A DNA stretch of 63,597 bases, filler included, from Octopus bimaculoides (taxonomy: Eukaryota), in assembly GCF_001194135.2 (NCBI RefSeq). It is 6 parts of 5 records of this genome, joined end to end, with 100 filler letters (N's around TTAATTAATTAA, not from the genome) between each part and the next. Parts side by side here need not be neighbours in the genome. Positions count along the whole stretch, not along the records: positions 25,833 to 51,893 come from NC_068982.1; 5 more parts are not named here. One strand, written 5' to 3'. Made by a program: the position numbers and the translations under genes. Every line of letters starts with the position of its first letter. Positions within the stretch are counted from its first letter, which is position 1. Under the pieces are notes generated by a model. The model was not told the DNA's origin and searched no databases. It saw only the letters and a program-made list of their open reading frames with translations. This document shows positions 35,220-50,333 of this stretch, in pieces.

Positions 35220-38200
35220 TAGTGTATCTATCACTATATATACAAATACAAATACACACACTCATATAAACTTATACATACATAAACGTATATGTATATC
35301 TGTGTGCATGCATACAAATATATAGTTATACGCGCATAATTATGCATATGTATGTTTATGCATATATATATAACTATATATATCTAAGCACACACATACC
35401 TATATATATATNNNNNNNNNNNNNNNNNNNNNNNNNNNNNNNNNNNNNNNNNNNNNNNNNNNNNNNNNNNNNNNNNNNNNNNNNNNNNNNNNNNNNNNNN
35501 NNNNNNNNNNNNNNNNNNNNNNNNNNNNNNNNNNNNNNNNNNNNNNNNNNNNNNNNNNNNNNNNNNNNNNNNNNNNNNNNNNNNNNNNNNNNNNNNNNNN
35601 NNNNNNNNNNNNNNNNNNNNNNNNNNNNNNNNNNNNNNNNNNNNNNNNNNNNNNNNNNNNNNNNNNNNNNNNNNNNNNNNNNNNNNNNNNNNNNNNNNNN
35701 NNNNNNNNNNNNNNNNNNNNNNNNNNNNNNNNNNNNNNNNNNNNNNNNNNNNNNNNNNNNNNNNNNNNNNNNNNNNNNNNNNNNNNNNNNNNNNNNNNNN
35801 NNNNNNNNNNNNNNNNNNNNNNNNNNNNNNNNNNNNNNNNNNNNNNNNNNNNNNNNNNNNNNNNNNNNNNNNNNNNNNNNNNNNNNNNNNNNNNNNNNNN
35901 NNNNNNNNNNNNNNNNNNNNNNNNNNNNNNNNNNNNNNNNNNNNNNNNNNNNNNNNNNNNNNNNNNNNNNNNNNNNNNNNNNNNNNNNNNNNNNNNNNNN
36001 NNNNNNNNNNNNNNNNNNNNNNNNNNNNNNNNNNNNNNNNNNNNNNNNNNNNNNNNNNNNNNNNNNNNNNNNNNNNNNNNNNNNNNNNNNNNNNNTATAT
36101 ATATATATATATATGCATGACGAATGTATATATACACAAAGCAAGAAAGAGATTTGGAAAGAGAGAAACAGAGGCAGAGATGGAAGGATAGAGAGAGGTA
36201 GAGAGAGAGAGAGAGAGAGGGGGGGAAGAGCGAATAAGACAGACAGAAAGACATATAGATAGATGCAGATATGATAAAAATCATTTTCTTACTCGTTACA
36301 TATACATATATGTCTGTACGTGTGTTTGTGCGTAAGCTTGTATATACATCAGTTTTCTCTGTGTAACATAAATAATCCTAGATTTCAAAAGATGTAGTGA
36401 AGTAAAAGCCATTAGCATCGTTGATCAATAGACTCACCTAATAACAAAAGGCCAAATGAAATGTCTATCCAGAAATTTACATATGAAATAATTGACAATT
36501 GAAATCATTTCCGCGGATATTTATAGCCGAGCTAGAAAGGACAAAATATACTCTCTTAGATTGCACTGAAGTACCTAAAAAATAATTTACCATTGTTATA
36601 CAATAAAATGAAAATAAGAACAAGTAAACAAACTACCAACGAAAAGATATAAAATAAAACATAATCATTTTAATTAACATAACTGATATGAATAACTATA
36701 ATTCACTCATTCCTGGATGTTATCTTTGATAGAAAAAAAATTTCATTAATTTGTTTCCGTTCTTTTAAAAAAGATTTTTGCTTTATTTTTTTGTCAAGTG
36801 AATTTTTGTTTTGTATTTTTCCTGAGTAAAAATATAAAAATAAAATTTTATATAATATTCAATACGCGTGAATATAGCTGTTGTTAATAAGTATAAAGAA
36901 TACAAAATATGACCATTTGTTAGAATGATTTCTTACTTTAACACAAGGCATCATATTTTTATGTGGGAAGCAGCTGTTATAAGCAATAAATTGAACTGGA
37001 GCGCGCTTATACAATTCGAAGTCAGGTACGACAAAATTTTAGGAATGAAATGTAGTTAGACATAGTAACTTCTCCAGCAACTTGCACGCCTCCAATGCTG
37101 ATCTAACTGTGAAAACGGAACAGCTGTAGCGTGCTTAAGGTAATTGTAGTGAAACAAGTGTAGCTGATCTTGACATAGCAATGACATTTGATAGTGACTG
37201 ACATGATAGTTTCTTTTACAAAATGAAACCATATGAAAGTGGAAAAATAATTATGTTATTTGAATATTATCTAAAATAACATAGCTTTAAAGATGTTTTA
37301 AGTGACTAGCACTCTTCTACTTCTCCATTTCATCTGGTGTTCTTCAAGGTTCTATTCTTTATCCTATCTTGTTATTAGTTCTCATTTACGATATGTGTAA
37401 TAATTTCATTTTCACCCTTGCTATCTGTGGGATGATAATTCGTCGAGGTTCGTAAAACAACATTGTCTCATCGGATTGGGTGAAAATGATTGGTTCACTG
37501 GAGTTTATCTTATATTCGATAACAAATTAGTGATCTCCGTGTTTGGTCGCATTTCAAACCTGAGCTATTTCCCATTAATCGATACTGGATCTTTTATGAC
37601 ATGCAAAATTCTATGCCTGATATGTCTCTCTGCAAGTATTATAGTCATCAGGTCTTATGCATGTCTACCTAACGAATTTCTAAATGTCGGAACTATAATG
37701 AATTATTGTGTCTTGAATGAATTATTGGGGCCACAATGAATTATTGGGTATTGATATCGAGCTCAACATTATCTTCTGTTGCTGTTCTGCTGCATTTACT
37801 CATTGTCATATCATTTTAAGATCTGTTCTGTCAACTAATATTTTCATTCTTGGTATCACCTCCTGAAAAATGTGTAATAGCGATGTGTATTTACTTGAAG
37901 ATCCAGATTATGAAATACTGATCTTTCTTCGTGTATCCCAAACAAATATTACTGTAACTCGTTTAAATCTTGCACGGATTGATATTGATATCTTTTTGTA
38001 TTGAGGCTTACATGCCGAATTCTTTAGTGAGTGATATATTAAAATAAAAGTAATTTTTCTCCATACCAATAGTACACATTTGTAGTGACCATGAAAACAT
38101 TTAGCCAAGGTAAATTATCCTAAGTACTATTTCATGGATTCACATAACTGTAAATTGCTTAAGTTATTTCCTTTGGTTCAGTTTGAGTTACAAGACAGTT

Positions 38201-39557
38201 AAGGTATGTATCATAAGAAAGCTATTTTCAATTCAACAAAAATAATTTATGTAACATTTTCGATATAAAATATTGTATGTTTGTTGAGTGCGTAGGCTCG
38301 CGATATCCATATTTTTCCGCTGTGACCTGATCAAATCGAAACGTGTACACTACTGTCATGCTCCCTATTAACAAAGATAAGATACTCCCTTAAGCATGAA
38401 AATTAATTTCTAAAACTAAATCTTAATTATCTATTTGTGGGTCAGTAACGATTCCCGATGGTATTTGTTTTCTATTTCAAGCTAAGAGCGAAATTTCACT
38501 TCATTAAAAATTGTTTTATTAGATCATTGTGTATATGCATAACATAAATACATACATACATACCCACGTGTACATACTTCCATGTGGTGTATCATATACT
38601 TTTATATGTGTGTGTGTATGTGTATTATAATTAATATGGCACGCGCACACGTGTCTGTAGATTTATATGTACGTGTGCGTCACCATAGACTCCGTTTTAT
38701 GTACGCATGCATATACATACACAAATATCGTACCATACTGTTTTAATTACAATCTCTTGCCCTTCGGCTTCCTTTCCATTATTGTCTCCTTCTTTGACTC
38801 TTTTCCCCCTTCTCACCCCGCCATCATTCCTCTCTTAATCTCTCTCCCTGTCTTCATTATGTAGTTAACGTATTTATTCATGTACTTGATGCTCATGCAT
38901 TATAACTCCCTCCTATAAGTGTCATTAATATTTCTCTCACTTTCTTATACTTGTATTTTCTAATTATACTTTTTCCCCTTCATACACTCTGAATTAAAAT
39001 TAATAGAGAAAGCGAAATTAAAAATAGCGAAAGAGAAAAAAAATCCCACATCAAACCATTGTTTATTGTCTACAATATATAAGTACATAATACATATATA
39101 NNNNNNNNNNNNNNNNNNNNNNNNNNNNNNNNNNNNNNNNNNNNNNNNNNNNNNNNNNNNNNNNNNNNNNNNNNNNNNNNNNNNNNNNNNNNNNNNNNNN
39201 NNNNNNNNNNNNNNNNNNNNNNNNNNNNNNNNNNNNNNNNNNNNNNNNNNNNNNNNNNNNNNNNNNNNNNNNNNNNNNNNNNNNNNNNNNNNNNNNNNNN
39301 NNNNNNNNNNNNNNNNNNNNNNNNNNNNNNNNNNNNNNNNNNNNNNNNNNNNNNNNNNNNNNNNNNNNNNNNNNNNNNNNNNNNNNNNNNNNNNNNNNNN
39401 NNNNNNNNNNNNNNNNNNNNNNNNNNNNNNNNNNNNNNNNNNNNNNNNNNNNNNNNNNNNNNNNNNNNNNNNNNNNNNNNNNNNNNNNNNNNNNNNNNNN
39501 NNNNNNNNNNNNNNNNNNNNNNNNNNNNNNNNNNNNNNNNNNNNNNNNNNNNNNNNN

Positions 39558-39597
<40 letters not shown>

Positions 39598-41934
39598 TAT
39601 ATTGCGTGCGCGTATGTATCGTGTGTATGGCTTTTTCAATGTATGTGTGTCGTAGTTCTAAAGTGAAAGTAATCAAATATTGTGAAATTGAAAAACTAAA
39701 AAAAAATTATAATAAAATAAAATAAAATAAAATAAACTAATAAGCAACTAGATTACAAAGGAAATTAATATTTTATCTTTTTAAACGAATCTATCTACAA
39801 AATTATTATTGGAAAATAACTATAAATATAAATGGTATCGAAAGCTCTTCAGGATCTCTGGACAGTTGGTGGGCCCCATAATACTCAGAGTATTAGGGAC
39901 GTCACTACGGCTTACTATTCACGAAACGTATAAAGGTCAATTAAAACGTAATGGAATATCCTTTTCATCCTTCAAATTTTAATCGTTTCTCCTTCTTATG
40001 AATTTCTTTCCTGTGACTACAATTATTTTCACTTTTTCTTGATTGTAGTGAGAGCAACAATTCTGATGAATAATGAAAGATGATAAAGATATCTCGTGTA
40101 CGCAAATATTTGAAATAGTTCAATAAACTGAAATTGTTTTGTTGCTGTTATTTAACCTGTAGGTTTGGTTCTGATGAATGAAATTTTGGTTAGAAGAATT
40201 TCAATTGTGATGTTGATGGTTTTATATTTCTGGGTTAGTCTATCTAGTACACCGTTATTCTGAACTGTCTCCATTTTCAAAAGTCTAGGTTGTGTTATGA
40301 GGCAGATTTTCTAGTTTATTATGTCGCACGTAGAAATAGCTCCACTCTGTCATTTACTTGATGCCTTACGCATTGATTATGCCCTTTGATCTGCATAGCC
40401 TCCATTCGCAATGTATGCCAATGTACGCGGAACTGTTCATGAAGAAAATAGGAGATTGAAAAAGATAATAACAAGTGGCAAAGCAGCTACGTTAGAATTA
40501 TAATTACAGCCGATCCATAGGTTCTGCTTATCTTTAATTGAACTTGATAGGAAAACAATGGTAAATATGCAATCCATGTGGACATCCTGCCCAATTTTAC
40601 AAGTCTTCGTAAACCCAAGATATCATTAATAGCTGTCAACCATCAGCTCCGCTCGATTAGTCCTAAACAACATGTATTGAAACTGAGGTTAACGCATAAT
40701 TATGTTGCTTCATTTTAAATCACCGTATGTTAGACAATATGCACTTGTTAGCTTATATTAGCAAGCCAAAAGATCGCAGAAGGATTCCGTCATATACAAA
40801 TAATTCCGCTCTGTTATATGTTAGGTGAGTGCAATCGCAACGAAAGCAGCTGAAATGGCAGGATAGCAACCCTAAATTGTACAGGTTATGATCTGTTACT
40901 ATATTAATTCAGACTTATTGAGCAGCAATTGGGAACGACCTGCTTTCACGAGTATGTCTCGTTAATCATGAAAAAGTAGATTTCTTCCTATGTACATCCT
41001 ATATTCAAATATGCTATAAATATTTAAAATGACATTAATATGTTAGTTTACAGTTTCTTATGAATTAACTTAATATTTATACTTTCATGTAGGAATAATT
41101 ATCCTAATTCTACTGACTATGCTGAAGACGGTGTGAAGGTAGACAACGCTGAAACGTTTAAGGACAGCGATTTTCCTCTTGGGACAATCTCTTCTCAACT
41201 TCTTCAGATATCTCTAATGGAGGAAATTATAGGTAGAGAGATGTGGGTGATACCACTCAATAAACTTTATGAAAAGTGGATGAGACTATAGAAATTAATA
41301 TACCTAAAGTGACCTACAATGACAATATAGCTATAGCTTGGAGTAAAAAAAAAAATAGAAGGCATGGGTATTTGATGCGCCTGAGGTAATTACTTTGGGT
41401 GATCTGGGAACACTAAGTCATCCTACGTCATATATACTCCACGATGGGAAAGCGTTTATTCCACTGTTTATTTCATTTATTACGACCTAATAATTGATGT
41501 GCAATATTATTATTGATATCTCCCTTTTCCCCGATGTAAATAAATCCCTCTACTCTTTCATGTTTGCTTCTTGTATTTGTTTTACTATGTTACCCTCATC
41601 AACGTCTTAGTAGTATCGTTGCCACAGAAATGAGAGAAAAGGGTTTGCAGTATTTGTTCTTTAGCTTCAGTTCTACGTGATACTTCTGTGAAGGCCAGCT
41701 TTACCTGTTACTCCCCCAAGCCGATAAAATCATATAGTAGTCAGGTCAGCGTTATCAGCCTCCACTCCCTTCAGAACTGCTGCGCCTGTGCCAGATTTTA
41801 AAACAATTATTATTAAAATTTTATTTTGCTTTTTAAGATTACGATCTGGCACTATCGTTAGCAAGCCGAGCAAAATATTTAGCGACGTTTTTTCCGGCTC
41901 AGTGGTCTGAGTTAAAAATGTTGCCGAAGGCGAC

Positions 41935-42050
41935 ACAGCCATTCATCCCTTAGGGTCGATTAAATAAGCAACACTCGAGCACTGGGATCGATGCAGTCCT
42001 CTAGTATGTCCATCCTAAATTGAAGCCCTGCGCCTGTATTAGAAAATTAT
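41935..42050 (+). mobile_element. Family B SINE fragment; opposite-strand copy at 42135-42290
   Basis: GCCATTCATCCCTTAGGGTCGATTAAATAAG on +. GGAACAAGGCCAGCAATT..GATTACACCGACCCC..CTCAGCGGAGTTTAAAC on -. Confidence 0.6.
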
Positions 42051-44131
42051 TATTATTATTTGTCATGGTAATCATAACAGTTATAATTCTTTCTAATTTT
42101 GGATCGCCCCCATTAAGCATTTTTATAACCTTGGAACAAGGCCAGCAATTATGAAGAGAGGGTCAATTTGATTACACCGACCCCATAGTCAATCCCTAAC
42201 GGATGACGGGCAAAACCGATCTCAGCGGAGTTTAAACCGAGAACGAAGAGGCGCGGCGGAAATGCGGCTGAGATGATTTATCGGAACAGATAGTGCATCA
42301 AATTATTTTCAAGATTGACCTTTAATGTCAGTTAATGTATACAGTTTTTGTCTGGTGTTTTGTACTTAATCCTAAACTGAAAGATTACTTGTATAAAAGC
42401 AAAAACTTCATTCATGTCATCATAATCCCCTAATGTTGTGAAGTCGACAATATTTATTTAAAAGATAGCTTGTAGTAGGTCGATACATTTAATTGCGGTA
42501 AGGAGTGGCGTGGCATTCATTTTGACTAGTTGAAATTTCACAAAAAAGTAGTCGTAGAAAATCCTGAACCTTTTGTTGGAAACGGTGTTTTCAATAAAAC
42601 ATCGCAAAAATAAATTGTCTATTTCTGCAGGTTTTCTTATATGCATTTTGAATAAAAAAAATTGATATTTAACGATTTATTGGAAAGCAAAAATTAAAAC
42701 TGTTCGTTATCACTTTCATCCTTACTAATTTCATGCCAGGTAGGATATGGTAGCATGCACCGCTGCATCCACTATTTGTTGGTGTCTGCTAAGGTCGATC
42801 AAAGCAACGGTCCGTGCAATGTCTTATTGAGTCCCCATCATTTTGAGATATTTGCTGGCGTGATAAAAAAAAAAATATGGCACCAAGGAAGTATTGGTAC
42901 ATTTATTCAGTATAGTTTTAATCAGTATAGATTTACTCAGTCTAGTTGTGGTAGTATTGGTAGATTTACTCAGAGTGACCTTGTGCTGTTACCGTAAAAC
43001 GAAAAGAGGATCTGAACATTTCAGGTATTAGAGAATAACAGAAATTTGGTTTGATGAAAAAAAAAAATTATAAATAAATAAATCGAAAACTACTGCAGAC
43101 CAATTTCTGTTCAACTGGAGATCGGAATCATGTACGGTGAACTAACATATTCATTTAAATCATCATGAAGTAAGGAAGATTCTAAAATCTTATAGTGTTA
43201 AATTTTGAAATGGTGTTTATATTTCATTTGGAAACAGCAACATTTTTACTCAACATTTATTTCCATCCTCACTGATAAAAGCCGACCAGCAAATCTCCAT
43301 GTGAACACCGGACGAGATCATGAAAAAAAAAAAAAAACAAAAAACATTATAGATTATTTTACGTAAGACGAAACTTTCACCCCAACAATGTATTTATAAG
43401 TATAAACAGGCACATTGTACGTTTTGCAGTAGACAAAATTGAGGCTAGTGATGGTACTTGTTGTATAGTCATTTAAAATTTAAAATTAAAACGAAGTTCT
43501 ATTCATGAATGTTTTTCTGTGTATCTCATTTCCCCCTTCGTTATTTAATTTTCTTCTCCTTTCCTAACCGATATTTACTTATAATGTTCAGTGTATAGAT
43601 ACATCCAGAGGTTTTTCATTAGGTAGATATGGCTTTGATCATTGTTTAGCAAACAAAACATAAGAGACACATCAAAGTGAGCAGAACGAAAGAAAAAATT
43701 GATAAGGATGTTTCGAGAATAGTTAAGTGGAAACATATTGTTAGTTAATGAAAGAAATATTCTCGAAACAAGTGGCAGTGTAATATATTGAATATATTAG
43801 CAATTTATGGTGTATACACTATATTGTACAATGAATACATTCAAGCTTATAATGTATATATTAAAATATATAGTGAATACACTAATGCTTATAATCTATA
43901 TATTAAACTGTTCAGTGAATATACTATAGTTATCGGAGGAAGTGTATATAACAGTGGGTTAAATATAGTAAACGCATAGTCTATGTAGTTAACATAATGA
44001 TATTTCAGGTATTATATGTAATATAATGTTATATTATATTATACATGTGTGAATATGTGTACGTGTGCGTGTGTGTGTGTTAGTGCGTGTGTGAGTACGT
44101 GCATGCGTGCGTGCTTCTATGTGTGCATGTG

Positions 44132-44172
<41 letters not shown>

Positions 44173-44463
44173 GCGTGCGCGCGCGTGTGTGTGAGACAGA
44201 ATTGCTGTGATTATTGGTAAATGAATGGCACACTTTGGGTTGTGTCTTATTTCCCCTTCATTTAATAAACCAGTCTTCCTCTGTACCACTTTGGTTGATC
44301 CATTTTCATGCTATTGAGCAGCTGGTATCATTTTCAATTGAAATATTCTCATAGCTGTTGATTGTGGACGTTATTCGTGATAGTATTTCAAATGTTTAAT
44401 CATTCTAAAAAATTAGTCTTTTGATTTACCTCATGAGAGTTGTGTCATTGCGAAACGTACATG

Positions 44464-45738
44464 TTTTGGGTTGGCAAGCAAGTAATTTCGTTTTTCGCAA
44501 ATACAGTTACGATTATTTTGACTGATTTTTCTCAATGACATGATTTTTTCGTTTTGGTATTTGATAGCCGTTACTTGTAGTTTACTTTAGAAATATATTG
44601 CTGTAATTTTGATTACAGCTGTTAGTTCAGTGTCAATTTTAATATGGAGTGCAAAAACGAACATTTTCGCCATATTTTGCTTTTTTATCTCCGTAAAGGC
44701 AACGAAGCTGCTGAGGCTCACAACTAGATATGTGAAGTTTATGGAGTTGATTGCTTAACAGAACGCACATGTCAGAAATGGTTTAAAAAATTCCGTTCTG
44801 GTCATTGTTCACTCAAAGGTGACCAACGTTCTGGTCAACCTACTAAAGTTGATGGTGAACGAATCAAAGCCATGAAAGAATCTGATTGACATGTGCGAGA
44901 GATTGCAGAGAGGTTAAATGTATCACTCAACAATTGCAAATCGCTTAAAATGTATTGGACTCGTAAAGGAGCTCGATTTTTGGGTTCCACATAAACTGAA
45001 AGAGATTCACTTAACACAACGGATCAGTATTTCCTATATGCATTTCAAACGCAATGAAATCGACATTGTTTTGAAACGAATCATCACTGGTGACGAATAA
45101 TGGTGTGTCTACAATAACATCAATCGAAAACGATAATGGTTCAAGCGTAATGAACCAGCACAAACCACATCGAAAACTGAATTGCATCAAAAAAGGCCAT
45201 GTTGTCGATTTCCTGGGATTACAAATGTATTGTGCATTTTGAACTGCTTCCAAGGAACGAATCGATGAATTCAGATGTTTGCGATCAATGACTAATGAAA
45301 CTGGAGGAAGCAATCAAAGAAAACGGCCAGGACTGGCAAATCGTAAAGAATCATTTTCCACCATGACAACGCCAGACCACATGTGTGTTTGCTAATTCCT
45401 CAAGAAATTTTGGAGTTTGGTCGAGAAGTGATGTGACATCTACCATATAGCCCTGTCCATACACCATCAGATTACCATTTATTCCGAACTTGTAAAATTC
45501 TTCGAATGGTAAACTTCCAATAATGATGAGGACCTGAAATCGCACTTGCTTCAGTTTTTGGCTGATGAAGACCAGGCGTTCTCTGAGTGAGGAATCATAA
45601 AGTTGCCTGAAAGATAGCAAAAGGTCATCGAACAACATAAAAAATATATAATTGATTAAAGTTCATTCCTTGTATGAAAACAAAATGACTTTTATTTTAT
45701 GCTAAAAAACCGGAATTACTTTCTTGGCAACCCAATAT
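44464..45738 (+). mobile_element. Full-length defective mariner (DD34D) transposon
   Basis: TIRs TTGGGTTGGCAAGCAAGTAATT and AATTACTTTCTTGGCAACCCAATA. ORF relic 44644-45659: MECKNEHFRHILLFY..WFKKFRSG..WVPHKL..ITGDE..HHDNARPH..PYSP..PSDYHLFR..YIID*. Confidence 0.93.
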
Positions 45739-47986
45739 TTATCCTATGAAGTTTTGTTTGAGCGTTTTTTTTTAACATGCGCTGGTGATAACGTTCTCAA
45801 ATTTTAACCAAGTTGCTCTGATTTCACAGGATACGGGAGTGAAAAGCAATCAATAAGTGACACAACTTTCATGCTCTCCAGTGAACACTGTTTGGATTGA
45901 TATTATTAAATGGGTGCACTAGTTTAAGTGTGACGTGTTTGCGTTTGGCATGATGGAAACTAAGATTGCAGTATACCAAGTAATAGGCAGAGAAAAGAAT
46001 TTATGTTTTCGACTGCAATCTTATAGACAGAGCTGTAGTGGTTTGTTAATATCAGGTCCATGTCATTTTTATATTATTTTGATTGAAACACAATTTGGGA
46101 TGGGCAAAATTCATCCAAAAGTTAAAAAAATCTGTAACTGTTTTATCGGATATGAAGATGTAGTTACTTGATTCGAATTTATTTGTGGGCCAGTCCTATT
46201 ATTAGTACCGTAGGTCACGACGCCAGTATAGCACACTACGGAAATGCCACAATGCATCAAACTGATATACAACACGATAACATTTACCAAAGCACGCCTT
46301 ATTCCGCGACATTATCTGCAAATGAAAAGGGTGAAAGCAGTAAAACATTTGCCAATGTTATGAAGATCTCAAATTGAAAACTACACTTTCACCCATGCGC
46401 AAAATGTAGCTACAAAGATTATAAATGTATAATCAAATTGAATCTGGCTAGACAAATACACTATATAAATTTAATGGGAAATATACACATATATATTGAA
46501 CTGAAAAGAAAATTATTTCGAAAACTATGTACCCTCTGGGTGCTCTGTAAAAGAGAAAAACAAGGTAATATTTACGTTTTTATAGATAAGTATTATGGGA
46601 TTTAACCATAATTACCTATAGTTGAATGTAGATTTGAATACAGACTGTAAAACACAGAATGTATCATTTTGTGTAGCAAGTGATTTACTGTTATTTCCCT
46701 TTCACGAAACCCATAACACTTGAAGAAATCTATTTATATCAAAGTAATACTATGTCGTTTAGGAAAAGTAGTTTATTATAGATCGGATATTGTTTAATTA
46801 TATGGGGATAGGAACATTCCATAAAAGACGATTTTTAGCGGGTGAAATCTACATCTACAATTTTAAAGTAAATTAATTAAGACGTACTACGGCACTTAGA
46901 GACACTGCTGAATTAGCACTGTACATCATAAATGTTGCCGACACTTGAATTAGGTTGTCCACACCTCAAGTAGACAAAAATAAACAATAATTACATAAAA
47001 TACGTGTTTATTAAATATGTAGTATATTGATTGCGAAAGTTAATTATAATAACGCAAGTCTAAATGAAATAGTCACAGTTTATAAAGCCATGGAAATATA
47101 CACGCACCAATAGCATCACCCGCAATAGACACTGTACAAGAAATAGTCAATAAATAGAAACTAATATGAATAAAGTATTTCAGCGTTTACCATTTTATAG
47201 TGTTTTGAGGTCAGAATATTTCCAGTAGATTAGTGTAATAGCAGTCAATATTTTATTACTGTCAGCATACAAATAATGACTTAAATCGAAATTCACCTCT
47301 GAATCTGTTAATAGGAATTCAAATACGACACGTGCAGATGCACATTTTGACTGAATACAAAAAGGAAAAGTCTAAATATATATATATATACTGATAGATA
47401 TATACACAAACATGTATGTACATATATATATATATATTATTAAGTATATAAGTGTAGTTATGAATACGTGAAAATATACAACAGAAAATAAGGTAGCCAT
47501 TTTGTTTTCTCTCCTCAGCATTTCATTTTCATTCCTCTCTGTCTCTTCTTTTGTAATTGGTTTCTATCGATTTTTGGACTAGAGTAATTAATATTTTGGC
47601 TAAACAATTCACTATTCAAAACGGAGACAAACGAATATCAAGCAATAACTCGCAACTATTGATTAATATATTGAATACTAAGAATGTAAAGTCATTGTAA
47701 ACCGTTGCTACTGATGTACTTCCATCAACAAAGAATTTGTCACTTTAGAACTTACTGTGATTTCTCAGTACTACCGTCCGAAGTATGAGAAAAAAGATTT
47801 TTAAACCTGAATATTATATTCGATTTGTGTGAAGACAAATCTTGCTTCTGACTTCATTTTAAAAGGACAGTAATAATACATCGAGTCAGACCTGGTATTA
47901 CATTTTGTAAATTTGTGCTGCGTCAGTTTTACAATTATCATAACTTCAAATGTAGTACTTTTGAAATTTTTAATTCTACAGAGGAT

Positions 47987-48035
<49 letters not shown>

Positions 48036-48660
48036 NNNNNNNNNNNNNNNNNNNNNNNNNNNNNNNNNNNNNNNNNNNNNNNNNNNNNNNNNNNNNNNNN
48101 NNNNNNNNNNNNNNNNNNNNNNNNNNNNNNNNNNNNNNNNNNNNNNNNNNNNNNNNNNNNNNNNNNNNNNNNNNNNNNNNNNNNNNNNNNNNNNNNNNNN
48201 NNNNNNNNNNNNNNNNNNNNNNNNNNNNNNNNNNNNNNNNNNNNNNNNNNNNNNNNNNNNNNNNNNNNNNNNNNNNNNNNNNNNNNNNNNNNNNNNNNNN
48301 NNNNNNNNNNNNNNNNNNNNNNNNNNNNNNNNNNNNNNNNNNNNNNNNNNNNNNNNNNNNNNNNNNNNNNNNNNNNNNNNNNNNNNNNNNNNNNNNNNNN
48401 NNNNNNNNNNNNNNNNNNNNNNNNNNNNNNNNNNNNNNNNNNNNNNNNNNNNNNNNNNNNNNNNNNNNNNNNNNNNNNNNNNNNNNNNNNNNNNNNNNNN
48501 NNNNNNNNNNNNNNNNNNNNNNNNNNNNNNNNNNNNNNNNNNNNNNNNNNNNNNNNNNNNNNNNNNNNNNNNNNNNNNNNNNNNNNNNNNNNNNNNNNNN
48601 NNNNNNNNNNNNNNNNNNNNNNNNNNNNNNNNNNNNATATATATATATATATATATATAT

Positions 48661-48800
48661 ACGACGGGCTACTTTCAGACTCCGCTGGCAAGGTTTTCGT
48701 CGGCCCGAGGCTATAGTGGAAGATACTTGCCCAAATTGCCACGCAATGGGGCTGAACTCAGAACCACGTGGTTGGTACGTAAGCTACTCACCACACATCC
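48661..48800 (-). mobile_element. Family A SINE 5' half
   Basis: ACGACGGGCT.CTTTCAG..GGCCCGAGGCTATAGT.GAAGA.ACTTGCCCAA..GAACCACGTGGTTGG is the reverse complement of the head/CORE. Confidence 0.75.
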
Positions 48801-49834
48801 ACTCCTAATATATGAAAAATGGCAGTAATATTCTAAGTTTTATCAAAGTAATTGTAAACCTTGTTAGGAATGCGGTTCACATTACATTCCTTTTATCTTC
48901 ATTCATTTCACCTTCAACTTACCTTAAGGTTGGTACTCTCATAAACTATATATTTACCTTTCCCAAAATTAGCTATATATATATATATATATATATATAT
49001 GTCTGTGTGTGTGTGTGTGTGTGTGTGCGTGTATGGCAGTGAGTGTGCCTACATGCGTGTGTGTCTTTACACACACAGAGAGGCGCTCGCACGTGAACAC
49101 GTATGTACACATTCGTATACATATGATGAACGTTCGATTGTATGATTAACGAACTGTTAAGGGTATGAAACAATAATTAATATTCATAACATAATTACAA
49201 GGTTAAAACCTATTTAGTTGCGTTGTTGATTAATACTATTGAGAATATATCCTGTTACGTGTTTAGCATCGGATCTAGTGGATTTTCAATTTCTGTGTTT
49301 ACGTGTAGCCCGTCAAATGTCTATCCTAAGGTAGCATTGCGCTACACGATTGTGTGCAACGGAATAATCCCCATTCTATATAGCCAAATATACACCAATT
49401 TATTTTGGAAGCTGACTCGCTGACAGAGCTGGCGTGATGTTACATTCATCAAAGCTAAATTTAATTCAATGAGTTTCATTCATGTTGTTATTAATATTCT
49501 TGTTTGTATTGATGCGTTTGTTTTAGTTGTTGTTTTTCTTCCTGGTGGCTACGCTGTTATGGTCGGGAACTAAATTAGCTCGAAAGTGTGAAGTAATAAA
49601 GCAAGAGGCTCTAACCATGGCAATCCCATATAGTTTCGGTACTGCATTATTTCGAACTTGTTGAGAGGTACATTAGCAGTTATTTCTAGCAGTCAAACCT
49701 ACACCATGATTAAGTCATTTGCTCTCCATGAATATCGTCTTATAATAAATTTAAAAGTATATATTTATAAAATAGACTACGAAATGCTCATCGTAGCTGT
49801 AGTCACTAGCGTGGTTGTATGTATAAGCAAGATT

Positions 49835-50275
49835 ATGTGTTAAGAAGTTTCCTTCTCAACAATAGGGTTCCAGTTTCAGCCCCATTTGGCGGCACCTTAC
49901 GTAGGTGTCTTCTTCTTTAGCTCTCAAGCAAACCAAACTAATTATACTAGATAGGCAGAAACTGAAAGAATCCCATCATATATATGTGTGTGTGTGCATG
50001 CGTGTATATGTGTTTATGTGAGTGTGCGTGTATATATTTATATATATATATATATATATGTGTTTTTGCATGTGTGTCAGTGTTTGTCCCCCACTAACGC
50101 TTGACAGCCGATGCTGGTGGGTTACGAGCCCGTAACTTAGAAGTGCGAGGAAAGGCTCCGAAAGAATACGTACTAAGCTTACAAAGAATAAGACTTGGGT
50201 TCGATTTCTTCGACTAAAAACATTGGAGGGCTGTTTCTTAGCATACTGGCACTCAAATGACTGCAACGAAGAATT
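49835..50275 (+). mobile_element. Family A SINE, diverged
   Basis: GGCACCTT, GAAACTGAAAGAATCCC, microsatellite, TGTTTGTCCCCCAC..GCTTGACAGCCGATGCTGG..AATGACTG. Confidence 0.7.
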
Positions 50276-50301
50276 GAATAACACATAAAATTATACATAT
50301 A

Positions 50302-50333
<32 letters not shown>

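Noticed and set aside
37000-37740. Gypsy integrase-like words on the minus strand
   Set aside because: Motif order is inconsistent with an integrase and the frames are full of stops.
39850-40450. Possible decayed Penelope RT on the minus strand (..IRTKPT.., ..KGY)
   Set aside because: Only isolated weak motifs in broken frames.
41122-41160. Hammerhead-like CTGAAGA...GAAACGTT
   Set aside because: Stem II has a mismatch and two extra bases before GAAA, and no stem I pairing is found. At most a decayed remnant.
43830-43930. ~42-bp degenerate repeat giving a 14-aa periodic ORF
   Set aside because: Only about 2 AT-rich units, which is an ordinary minisatellite.
46168-46377. 69-aa ORF with NIYQ tyrosine-type motif as a possible terminal exon
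   Set aside because: No convincing splice acceptor, no homology recognised, and the length is within chance.
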